A stretch of DNA of 64,000 bases from an uncultured Desulfobacteraceae bacterium (GTDB lineage: Bacteria; Desulfobacterota; DSM-4660; Desulfatiglandales; B25-G16): contig CAZSWT010000011.1 in assembly GCA_964611035.1 (NCBI GenBank), positions 1,006-65,005 on the forward strand, given 5' to 3'. How positions within the stretch are numbered: position 1 is the first letter of the stretch; each line of letters begins with the position of its first letter. Under the pieces are notes generated by a model. The model was not told the DNA's origin. It saw nothing but the letters and a program-made list of their open reading frames with translations, and did not search any database. Both the position numbers and the translations under genes were made by a program. Positions 52,931 to 61,459 of the stretch are shown one piece after another.

Positions 52931-54595
52931 ATGAATTCATTATGGGTATTATTATGGTGGGTAATAATTGTTGTTGTAGGCTACTGGGTATATGCCAGGT
53001 GGGCTGCTAAGAAAGTTTTTGAGGTTGATGCAGGAAGAGCAACACCTGCCAAGATGTACATGGATGGTGTTGACTTTATGCCTGCAAACAAAAATGTTCT
53101 CTTTGGGTTTCAGCTTAACTCCATAGCAGGGGCTGCACCTATCATAGGCCCTATAGTGGCCCTTCAATGGGGTTGGATGCCAGCACTCCTGTGGTTAGGG
53201 CTTGGCGTCTTCTTTATAGGGTGGCTCCATGACTTCTCGAGCGCTATGGTATCTATAAGAAGTGATGGCGATACCTTCGGGGCCCTGGGATATAAATTGA
53301 TATCACCCAGGGCAAGAAAGATACTTCTTACCTTCATCTACTTTTACCTGCTTCTTATAGCAACTGCCTTTGGGCATGTAATTACAAAGGGTGTAAGCGG
53401 AAATGCAGCACTCCCATTTCCCTTGCTGGTGGTTATTGCAGTGGCATTTCTGGTTGGGCATATGATCTATAAGGCAAAGGTAAACATAATTACAACTACC
53501 ATCATTGCAATTGTAGCGATCTTTGTTGCAATCTGGTTAGGCACGGTTTGGAACATTAAGGTTTCCTATACCACCGTCCTTATATGTGTGTTGATATTTG
53601 GTTATTTTAGCTCGATTCTACCAGTATGGCGTTTCATTCAGCCCTATAACTACTCCTCAGTATACGTGGTATACTTCGGGATCATAGCAGGGATTATAGG
53701 AATAATTATAGGCCATAAACCCATGACCCTGCCAGCTTTTACAAGCTGGGGTATCGGCATGGGTCCACTCTGGCCTCTTCTTTTTCTTACCATTGCCTGC
53801 GGCTCTATCTCCGGGTGGCACAGTCTGGTATCCAGTACTGCCACATCAAGACAGCTTGAAAACGAGCTGGACGTTAGACCAGTAACAGCAGGGGCAATGT
53901 TTGCGGAGTTTACCATAGCAATTATTGCGGTTATCGTATGTGCCACCGCATTTGCCGATAAGGCGGCTTACATAGCAAAGGTCAGCAATCCTGTAGGGAT
54001 CTTTGTTGGTGGCCTTGGAGGGGCAATCACCTCCCTTGGGCTTCCATTATCTTATGCCAAGGCCCTGGCAGGTATGATGATTATTATACTTGCCCTTACT
54101 ATTATAAACCTCGTGTTCCGCTTTATGAAGGTCGCAACCGCTGAGCTTCTGGGTGACACATGGGGAGTTGCAAAGAACCCTCATGTAGCAACCATTGTGG
54201 CACTTATTATCACCTTTGTACTGGTAAAAACAGGAACCTGGCTTTATGTATGGGTACTTTTTGGCGGTGCCAATCAATTGATGGCATCCTTTGCACTTCT
54301 GCTGGTAACTCTCTTTTTGGTCCAGAAGGCCAAAAATTATAAGATTGCCATCTACCCGATGTTTTTCATGTATGCTACCACCGTTTGCGGCCTGTTTTAT
54401 GTGGCCTTTTTCAAGTTGATACCGGCTGGATTTGCAGGCAAAAAGGTATTCGGAAATTTCTTTGCTGCGGCAGTAGCCATTCTGCTTATAATCCTTGCCA
54501 TTATTCTTGCATATGATGGCTGGAAGGCATTCAAGAAGTATAGATCAGGTGCGGCTGCAGAGACCCCGGCTGAGGCAGAAAAGGCACCAGCATAA
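52931..54595 (+). CDS. cstA: Carbon starvation protein A (CstA) family transporter, short form
   Basis: 554 aa polytopic protein. The N-terminal region parallels E. coli CstA (VLFGFQLNSIAGAAPIIGPIVA..., IRSDGDTFG). GGGAGG RBS. Confidence 0.88.
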   Translation: MNSLWVLLWWVIIVVVGYWVYARWAAKKVFEVDAGRATPAKMYMDGVDFMPANKNVLFGFQLNSIAGAAPIIGPIVALQWGWMPALLWLGLGVFFIGWLHDFSSAMVSIRSDGDTFGALGYKLISPRARKILLTFIYFYLLLIATAFGHVITKGVSGNAALPFPLLVVIAVAFLVGHMIYKAKVNIITTTIIAIVAIFVAIWLGTVWNIKVSYTTVLICVLIFGYFSSILPVWRFIQPYNYSSVYVVYFGIIAGIIGIIIGHKPMTLPAFTSWGIGMGPLWPLLFLTIACGSISGWHSLVSSTATSRQLENELDVRPVTAGAMFAEFTIAIIAVIVCATAFADKAAYIAKVSNPVGIFVGGLGGAITSLGLPLSYAKALAGMMIIILALTIINLVFRFMKVATAELLGDTWGVAKNPHVATIVALIITFVLVKTGTWLYVWVLFGGANQLMASFALLLVTLFLVQKAKNYKIAIYPMFFMYATTVCGLFYVAFFKLIPAGFAGKKVFGNFFAAAVAILLIILAIILAYDGWKAFKKYRSGAAAETPAEAEKAPA

Positions 54596-54650
54596 GATTG
54601 GGTTTTAGAAAACCTTTAAAGAAGGGGATATAGTACCTGGGAGAGACTTT

Positions 54651-54950
54651 GTGATCCTGGGGATGTATTCCCTTACTTTTATTTTTCAAAAAGTGAAATA
54701 CCCCTGGATACAGACTATAAAGGATTACCTAAAAGGCTTCTTTCTTTACGATTTGATAGGAGGGGTATACAAAGAAAGACGTTGTCTGGACGATCTGTTT
54801 ATGGTAAACATATGTGGTAAGATAATTGGGTTCCCTGGTCTTTTTAACTATTATCATTTGAGACTTTTCCCTTACTATGTTAAAAGACTTGGGCCATGGA
54901 AGAGAAGGGTTTTAAGGGAAAGGGATTTCTTTGACCATATAAGGGATTAA
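54651..54950 (+). CDS. Small conserved hypothetical protein, paralogue 1
   Basis: 99 aa. The C-terminal half aligns with the next ORF (LRLFPYYVKRLGPWKRRVLRERDFFDHI). GTG start after GGGAGA; the alternative ATG is at 54663. Confidence 0.55.
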   Translation: MILGMYSLTFIFQKVKYPWIQTIKDYLKGFFLYDLIGGVYKERRCLDDLFMVNICGKIIGFPGLFNYYHLRLFPYYVKRLGPWKRRVLRERDFFDHIRD

Positions 54951-54978
54951 TTTAAAAAATTTAAAAGAGATTGTAGCC

Positions 54979-55266
54979 ATGGAAGAGAAAAAGAAAGAGA
55001 AGAAAAGGAAAAAATCAGGAGGCGTTATAGGTTTTGTAAGAGATTTTACTTATGGCATGGCAACACATGGAATGGCACGTCATGCACTTAAACAACGCTC
55101 CAGCATGGAGCATCTTTTTATCCTTATAACCATGGGCGATATGCTTGGCATTCCCATACTCCCTCCTTATTATTCACTACGTTTGCTCCCCTATGTTGTG
55201 CCTCAGATCACCACATGGAAGCGCAGGATGTTGAGGGAAAAGGATTTTATGGATAGCATGTATTAG
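54979..55266 (+). CDS. Small conserved hypothetical protein, paralogue 2
   Basis: 95 aa. Lys-rich N-terminus. C-terminus LRLLPYVVPQITTWKRRMLREKDFMDSM is paralogous to the preceding ORF. Confidence 0.6.
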   Translation: MEEKKKEKKRKKSGGVIGFVRDFTYGMATHGMARHALKQRSSMEHLFILITMGDMLGIPILPPYYSLRLLPYVVPQITTWKRRMLREKDFMDSMY

Positions 55267-55353
55267 TGTTTGTTGAGTTCATTGAGTTCATTGGGTTTTA
55301 ACACAACAAACCCAAAAAACCCGAGAAACCCAATAAACTATAAAGGAGGAATT

Positions 55354-56334
55354 ATGTCTCTTGCTGATTTTTTTATACAGTATCCCAACAGAAGATACCT
55401 TATGTACGGAGGAAAGGGAGGGCTTGGAAAGACAACCTTTTCAGCGGCAACGGCCTATTATCTTGCAAAGAAAGGGAAAAGGGTGCTCGTTTTCTCTGTT
55501 GATCCCCAGGCATCGCTCAGTGATATCTTTGAGCGCGACATCTTTGGTAAAGGAAACATTGAGATAATGGAAAATCTCTTTGCCTGTGAGGTCGATGCTG
55601 ACAAGAGGATTCAGGACTATCAGGAAGAGATACGGCAAAAGATTATCTCGATGTATGGTATGAAAAAGATCCCTGAGGAAATAGAGAGTTATATAAAGGC
55701 CTCATCGGCTGAACCAGCTATGGAGGAAAGCGCCATCTTTGATGCAGTGGTTGACATTGTGGTTAAAGGAAATTTTGACTACTACATTTATGACCTTGTC
55801 CCCCTTGGCCATGCCCTTTATTATTTGAGCATGGCGTCTGTCTATGATGCATGGCTGGAGAAGATAACAAGCCTGAGGGAACAGATGAAGGAATATGACA
55901 AGGCTATTGCCACCATGAAGCGGGAAGATACGGAGCAAGACGACATATATAACGAGTTGATGTATATAAAGGATCGGATAGGAAGTTCCTCCAAGATCAT
56001 GACAGACACTGAAAAGACTGCCTTTTTCTTTGTGCTTACCCCAGAGGAGATGACCATAGTGGATACTGAAAAGGCGGCACAACTTTTTGCTAAGTATAAT
56101 GTACCTCTTTCAGGATATATAGTAAATCGTGTAATTAACAGGGAATTGTTAAAAGATAACATACCAACCTATCTAAGAAATAGGATCGGGATGCAGGCCG
56201 GTGCCCTTGAGATGATAGACCAGACATTTGGCTCTTCTGTGCTTTCATCTGTTCCGGAATTTGATTCCGAGATAAAAGGGCTTGATGTAATTAGAAACCT
56301 TGCAGAAGTGATGTTTGAGGAGAAATTGCCATGA
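55354..56334 (+). CDS. ArsA/Get3-family P-loop ATPase, subunit 1
   Basis: GGKGGLGKTT deviant Walker A, SVDPQASLSD, and a DLVPLGH switch II variant. ATG at 55354 after AAAGGAGGA. Confidence 0.85.
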   Translation: MSLADFFIQYPNRRYLMYGGKGGLGKTTFSAATAYYLAKKGKRVLVFSVDPQASLSDIFERDIFGKGNIEIMENLFACEVDADKRIQDYQEEIRQKIISMYGMKKIPEEIESYIKASSAEPAMEESAIFDAVVDIVVKGNFDYYIYDLVPLGHALYYLSMASVYDAWLEKITSLREQMKEYDKAIATMKREDTEQDDIYNELMYIKDRIGSSSKIMTDTEKTAFFFVLTPEEMTIVDTEKAAQLFAKYNVPLSGYIVNRVINRELLKDNIPTYLRNRIGMQAGALEMIDQTFGSSVLSSVPEFDSEIKGLDVIRNLAEVMFEEKLP

Positions 56335-57317
56335 AAACCACAGTGGAAGATTTTATTAAGAGTCATCCCCAGATGAAATATACCTACTTTGGTGGAAAAG
56401 GGGGAGTTGGAAAGACGGTTGTTGCCGCGGCTGTGGCACTGTGGATGGCGCAACAGGGTAAAAAAACACTCCTGGCCTCTACAAATCCTGTGCATAGCCT
56501 GTCAAACCTTTTTAAACAGGACGTCTTTGGAAAACCCGTTTTGATACCGGGAACAAATAATCTTTTTGTCCAGGAGATAGATACAAAAGACACCATAGAA
56601 AGATCAAAGAATGAGATACGGGAGAAGATAAGCTGGTTTCTTAAGTTTGCTGACATTCCTACAAAGACCGATGACTTTATAGAGTCTGCCACCATGAATC
56701 CGGCCTTTGAAGAGTCGGCCATGTTTGAGAACATGATAAATATAATGCTCGAAGATGCCTTTGAGTTTTACGTTTTTGATACTGCTCCCACAGCAAACGC
56801 CAGAAGGCTTTTAGGCATGTCAAAGGTCTATACACTCTGGGTGAACAAGATGTACAAAAGCCGGGAGGAAGCTGCAGCTATGAGGCTGAGTCTTTCCTTC
56901 CGAAAAAAGAAGGTAGCAGAGGAAGAGGACCCATTAATGGAGTATCTCAGCACCTTTAGGGATAGGATAGAACATATGAGGGTTCTTTTAACTGATGAGG
57001 AAAAGAGTGCCTTTTTCTTTGTAACCCTTCTTGAATCTCTTCCCATTGCAGTAATTCGACGCTTCATTGGCTGGTTCAAGGACTTTGGAATTCCAATAGG
57101 CGGTGTCATTATAAACGAGGCTATCGATAAATCAGAAGTAGGTAAAGATTCTGCTCAATTCATCATTAATCGGGTCAAAATGCAGGACAAATATCGGGAA
57201 GAAGTGTATAAATCCTTTGAAAATGTCTGCGGTGAGATCCCTCTTTTTGATAACGAGGTTAGAGGCGTGGATATGGTAAAAAAGCTAACTCAGGCCTTAT
57301 TTTCTTCCCCTGATTAG
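56331..57317 (+). CDS. ArsA/Get3-family P-loop ATPase, subunit 2
   Basis: GGKGGVGKTV, STNPVHSLSN, and a DTAPTAN switch II variant. 4-nt ATGA overlap with subunit 1. Confidence 0.85.
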   Translation: MKTTVEDFIKSHPQMKYTYFGGKGGVGKTVVAAAVALWMAQQGKKTLLASTNPVHSLSNLFKQDVFGKPVLIPGTNNLFVQEIDTKDTIERSKNEIREKISWFLKFADIPTKTDDFIESATMNPAFEESAMFENMINIMLEDAFEFYVFDTAPTANARRLLGMSKVYTLWVNKMYKSREEAAAMRLSLSFRKKKVAEEEDPLMEYLSTFRDRIEHMRVLLTDEEKSAFFFVTLLESLPIAVIRRFIGWFKDFGIPIGGVIINEAIDKSEVGKDSAQFIINRVKMQDKYREEVYKSFENVCGEIPLFDNEVRGVDMVKKLTQALFSSPD

Positions 57318-57477
57318 AAGCACTCACTACCATTTCCTAAAAAACTTTTGGAATAGATATCTTCTTCATCTGGGCCTTGCTCCCATGAATGACAAGAGAG
57401 CATAAGAAAAGCACAAAATACTAATTTCTCAATAATGGAAAGAAGATTCTCATAGCCATTAGGCACTTTCGCACGAT

Positions 57478-57879
57478 TTAGCCTGCATTAACAATTGGCC
57501 GTACATCTGTAATCTTGAATCGAATAGCTGCACGGATCAGATTACTGGCCTGCGTGCCTGCTGCCTTGGCGATATTATGTTTGATCTTGTCGTAAAACTC
57601 GCCGCTGGTTTCCATATCAATCGCTTCTAGATAGACTCTCGCTCCTTTCCAATCCATAACTGTTTCGCCTGGCTCCATGACAATGAAAACCGCCTTAGGG
57701 TTTCTTTGAAGGTTCCGAAAAGTTCGGTTTTCCCTAATCCCCATGACTACGGTGTTTTCATCGATCATCTGGGGTGACCCAAAAACGGCCACATTGACAT
57801 CCCCTAGTTTGTTGGCAGTACTGAGAGTGCCAATCCTGGGTTGTTTGTTGAATAGTGTCATCAACTCCTTTCGGTCCAT
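57478..57879 (-). CDS. Pyridoxamine 5'-phosphate oxidase-like FMN-binding split-barrel protein
   Basis: 133 aa. IGTLSTANKLGDVNVAVFGS...NPKAVFIV pattern. Confidence 0.75.
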   Translation of the reverse strand: MDRKELMTLFNKQPRIGTLSTANKLGDVNVAVFGSPQMIDENTVVMGIRENRTFRNLQRNPKAVFIVMEPGETVMDWKGARVYLEAIDMETSGEFYDKIKHNIAKAAGTQASNLIRAAIRFKITDVRPIVNAG

Positions 57880-58221
57880 AATACTCCTCCTTCTGAATTT
57901 GACTTCAGCTAAGCATTACTCCCCGTTTAAATAGTTAATAATAAGTTAGCCCGCCGATTAAAACCTTGAGACCTAATGGCTCGATACAGGGAGTTTATCC
58001 ACTATCAAGATATAGGATCATGAGTGAAAGGTCAAGCTCTAGAGAAACAGCTCTAGAGAAATGCCTATAATCCTTTTACTGATGAGGGTTAATTATGCTG
58101 CTTCGCTAAGCCCGCATTAATAAAATTTCCCAGGGTATATCTTGCAAAGCAACAAAAAAGAGTTATATTATTACCATTAAATAGGGCTGTACCCATCATT
58201 ATTTTTAGGGAGAGATTATAG

Positions 58222-58599
58222 ATGGATCCAATACTTCTTGAAGTGGTTGCACCCATGCTTTCTACTGTGGAAATGAATTGTCGGGGATGCGGTTTCGTTT
58301 TTGGTTATTTAGGCTTAAAGAGTAAATATCGCAATGCCTGTACTAACGAATACCCTGAAGATTGGAAATGGGCTGTGGGTTACTTGTCAGAATGGATACG
58401 CGAAGTATCCTCTTTATATCAGCACCGGATTCGTATTCGGGTAATTGATGCACAGTCTCCCCTTGGTCTCTGGAAGCAGATACGATATAAGCTCTTTCGA
58501 TTTCCTGCCTTCATCGTCGACAAAAAACGCACATACATAGGATGGGATTTTCAGCAATTAGAGTCCCTTATTGACGAACGCATCCATGAAGCTGTATAG
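58222..58599 (+). CDS. Hypothetical protein, possible thioredoxin-like fold with a CxxC motif
   Basis: 125 aa. CRGC early in the sequence and FPAFIV (cis-Pro-like) later. No confident family assignment. Confidence 0.4.
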   Translation: MDPILLEVVAPMLSTVEMNCRGCGFVFGYLGLKSKYRNACTNEYPEDWKWAVGYLSEWIREVSSLYQHRIRIRVIDAQSPLGLWKQIRYKLFRFPAFIVDKKRTYIGWDFQQLESLIDERIHEAV

Positions 58600-58625
58600 T
58601 TAAATAGAGACTCCTTCATGCACTC

Positions 58626-58652
58626 GAAAAAGGGCACCTAATGCCTTTTTAA
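58626..58652 (+). terminator. Putative rho-independent terminator
   Basis: aaaaagggca-cctaa-tgccttttt hairpin followed by a T-run, about 30 nt after the stop of the 58222 ORF. Confidence 0.45.
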
Positions 58653-58897
58653 TTCTTACTGAAACTTAGAATATTCTCGTCTGGCATCTTTTCAATCTAT
58701 ACAGAAACCTTAATATGATTTTTCATATCCACAAGAAGACAGCACTAGATTCTAATGCTTTCTCTGTTTTGCCCTTACAATATAGTTATTTTTAGTGCTA
58801 AAACTATTACTCAGTTGGTAGTATTGTAGTTTTGATAATCAATTTTCGATCTATTGCGTTCAATGAAAAACTTAGTATCTTTTGAGAAGGTGCATAG

Positions 58898-59851
58898 GTG
58901 AAAAAGGGCAGGAAGATCGGACTGGCCTTAGGTGGTGGTGGGGCAAGGGGTATAGCCCATATAGGGGTTATGAAGGTTCTGGAAAAAGAGAAGATAACGC
59001 CTGATATTATTGTAGGGACGAGCATAGGCTCAATTGTGGGAGGTGCCTTTGCAAGCGGGATGAAGATTAAAGAAGTGGAGAAGAGAGCCGAGGCTTTTTT
59101 AGAAAGTGATCTATATCAATCATCCGAGCTTAAGGCTATGGGTGATGCAGAAAGTGGAGCCGAACAAAGGCTGAGCAGGCGGATTCAGTCCTATTTTATG
59201 ACCAAGTTTCGATTGGCCCAGGCACTCTATAGGCCGAGCATTTTGCAAATAGATGAAATGCAGGAGTTTGTGAACTTTTTTATACCTGATATACAAATAG
59301 AAGAAACAATAATCCCTTTTAGAGCAGTAGCAACCGATCTAAGGAGCGGTAAATGCGTTGTCCTTAAAAAAGGCTCTTTGCGGCGCTCTATCTTAGCCAG
59401 TTCCGCTGTTCCTGGTGCTTTACCCCCGGTTGAGATTAACGGAAGACAATTGTCTGACGGTGGTATTATTTGTAATGTGCCTGTACGACATCTCTTTGAA
59501 GAAGGTGTCCAAGAAGTAATTGCAATAGTTGTGGATAGGGATATAGCTTTATGCTCGGAGCTTCAAACAGCTGTGGACATATATGTAAGGGCTGGCGAGA
59601 TACAGGGATTTCACCTGGAGAAATACAGCCTCGAAAATGCCGATATTGTTATTAGGCCACAAATAGGCAATATTCATTGGACTGATTTTTCCCGATCCAA
59701 GGAATTGATCTCCCTTGGCGAGGCAGCGGCTATGAACAGTCTTCCTGAAATACAAAGGTTGGCGAAGCGAATCTACAAGCGGGACTTAATGGAAGGGCTA
59801 AAGAGGTCGGCAAAAAAGCTTTTTAGTGTCACCCCATCAAAAAATGGGTAA
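58898..59851 (+). CDS. Patatin-like phospholipase
   Basis: GLALGGGGARG oxyanion motif, GTSIGS nucleophile elbow, and the DGG catalytic Asp motif. GTG start. Confidence 0.9.
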   Translation: MKKGRKIGLALGGGGARGIAHIGVMKVLEKEKITPDIIVGTSIGSIVGGAFASGMKIKEVEKRAEAFLESDLYQSSELKAMGDAESGAEQRLSRRIQSYFMTKFRLAQALYRPSILQIDEMQEFVNFFIPDIQIEETIIPFRAVATDLRSGKCVVLKKGSLRRSILASSAVPGALPPVEINGRQLSDGGIICNVPVRHLFEEGVQEVIAIVVDRDIALCSELQTAVDIYVRAGEIQGFHLEKYSLENADIVIRPQIGNIHWTDFSRSKELISLGEAAAMNSLPEIQRLAKRIYKRDLMEGLKRSAKKLFSVTPSKNG

Positions 59852-61178
59852 TTATGCTGAGATAGATCAGGAGTCCAAGTATATCGTTTGATGTGGTAAT
59901 GAATGGTCCTGCAGCTAATGCCGGGTCAATGTTGAACTTCCTAAGAAGAAAAGGAACAAATGCTCCAAAGGAGCCAGAGAAGAGTATTACTGTGATCAGG
60001 CTCACACCTACCCCTAAACCTAATTTGGGATCAGATAACCAGAAAGCGACTACAAGCCCTAACAATATACCGCATAAAACACCGTTTATCAATGCTACCC
60101 ATAATTCTGTTAATAGCCTTTTGCCAGTATGAACTATGCTTATATCACCTGTTGCCAGTCCCCTGATGACAACAGTGGCTGCCTGGGTGCCGGTGTTCCC
60201 ACCCATTGCCATTATTACTGGTATAAAAAAAGACAGGGCAAGTATTTTTTCAAGAGAGCCATGAAAGTGGTTAATTACGATAGCTGATATAAGCCCTCCA
60301 AAGAGACCCAAAAGTAACCACGGAAGGCGGGCCCTGGATATTTTCAATGCTGATTCTTCAGCAATTTCCTGATCCAAAACACCTGCCATCAGAGAGATAT
60401 CCTCATTTGCCTCTTCTTCAATGACATCAATGATATCATCGTTTGTAATTCTCCCTATCAGTTTGTGCTGAGCAGTAACAACCGGAATGTGGGTAAGGTC
60501 GTATTGTTTAGCGATTCTGGCCACCTCTTCCTGGTCTGTATCAACATCTACGCTCATAACATCGGAATTCATTATATCATTGATCTTTTTATCTTGCGGC
60601 TCAAGGACGAGATCCTTTATAGAAACAACCCCTACCAGTTTGCCAAAATCGTCTATCACCCAAACATAATAGAGGTTTTCGACTTCTTCCCTCTTTTTTC
60701 TAATCGTTTCTACGGCTTCTTGAATGGTAGAGTTGGCATTGACAGAAACAAACTCCAGGGCCATGATGCCGCCAGCGGTATCTGTTTCATAGCCAAGTAG
60801 TTTTTGTAACTCTTCGGATACATCAGGTTGCACCAAACTGATTATTTTTTGAGCCCTTTCCCTTGGAAGATAACTGAAGATATCTGTGGCATCATCTGAA
60901 TTTAGTTCATTTAAGATCTGGGTGATTGTCTGGTCATCAAGTTCATTAGCAATTTTTTCCTGGATTGGGGCCGATATCTCTTTCAAGACCTCGCCAGCCC
61001 TATCAGGTGTAAGAAGCTTAAACACAGCAAGTATTTCATCGCTCTCCAGGTGTTCTACTAAATCAGCAAGATCTGCTGGATGAAGTTCTTCTATTAACCT
61101 TTCCATATCTGAATATGCCTGTTCCTGGATCATATTTCTTATGTTATCAAGGAGGACTTTATAGTCGGTTTGGGTCAT
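59829..61178 (-). CDS. mgtE: Magnesium transporter MgtE
   Basis: 449 aa. N-domain, tandem CBS domains, and a C-terminal TM domain with GNTGTQ and PFITTSNDILGLLIY. Confidence 0.95.
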   Translation of the reverse strand: MTQTDYKVLLDNIRNMIQEQAYSDMERLIEELHPADLADLVEHLESDEILAVFKLLTPDRAGEVLKEISAPIQEKIANELDDQTITQILNELNSDDATDIFSYLPRERAQKIISLVQPDVSEELQKLLGYETDTAGGIMALEFVSVNANSTIQEAVETIRKKREEVENLYYVWVIDDFGKLVGVVSIKDLVLEPQDKKINDIMNSDVMSVDVDTDQEEVARIAKQYDLTHIPVVTAQHKLIGRITNDDIIDVIEEEANEDISLMAGVLDQEIAEESALKISRARLPWLLLGLFGGLISAIVINHFHGSLEKILALSFFIPVIMAMGGNTGTQAATVVIRGLATGDISIVHTGKRLLTELWVALINGVLCGILLGLVVAFWLSDPKLGLGVGVSLITVILFSGSFGAFVPFLLRKFNIDPALAAGPFITTSNDILGLLIYLSIITHFLMG

Positions 61179-61300
61179 TTTTAAGACTCGAGTTGGTTAA
61201 GGGATGATCGTTATTTGTAGCCCATCAATCCTCAATCCCTGAATCTCTACGTCCCTAAATATGGTTATGGTAGCTCTTGATATTTTTCGGTGCATCTTAG

Positions 61301-61447
61301 GTAACTTCTCAATAAGTTCGGCTTCGGTCATTGCGAGCAAAGCGAAGCAATCTCTATTATTGCAATAAGATTGCCACGTCGCACCGCTCCTCGCAATGAC
61401 GGCAAATGGCATTGTCAAGGAATTACCTGGACTTATTGAGAAGTTAC
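61301..61447. mobile_element. MITE-like element with GTAAC...GTTAC termini between thi4 and mgtE
   Basis: 18-bp perfect inverted repeat (ggtaacttctcaataagt / acttattgagaagttacc). Flanking 8-mers catcttag (61293-61300) and catcgtag (61448-61455) match 7/8. The interior carries a REP-like inverted pair, cattgcgagcaaagcgaagcaatc ... ctcgcaatgac. Confidence 0.6.
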
Positions 61448-61459
61448 CATCGTAGGGCC

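Noticed and set aside
61179-61300. Possible M-box or other Mg2+ leader upstream of mgtE.
   Set aside because: No recognisable M-box conserved segments were seen by eye. Most of the spacer is taken up by the MITE-like insertion.
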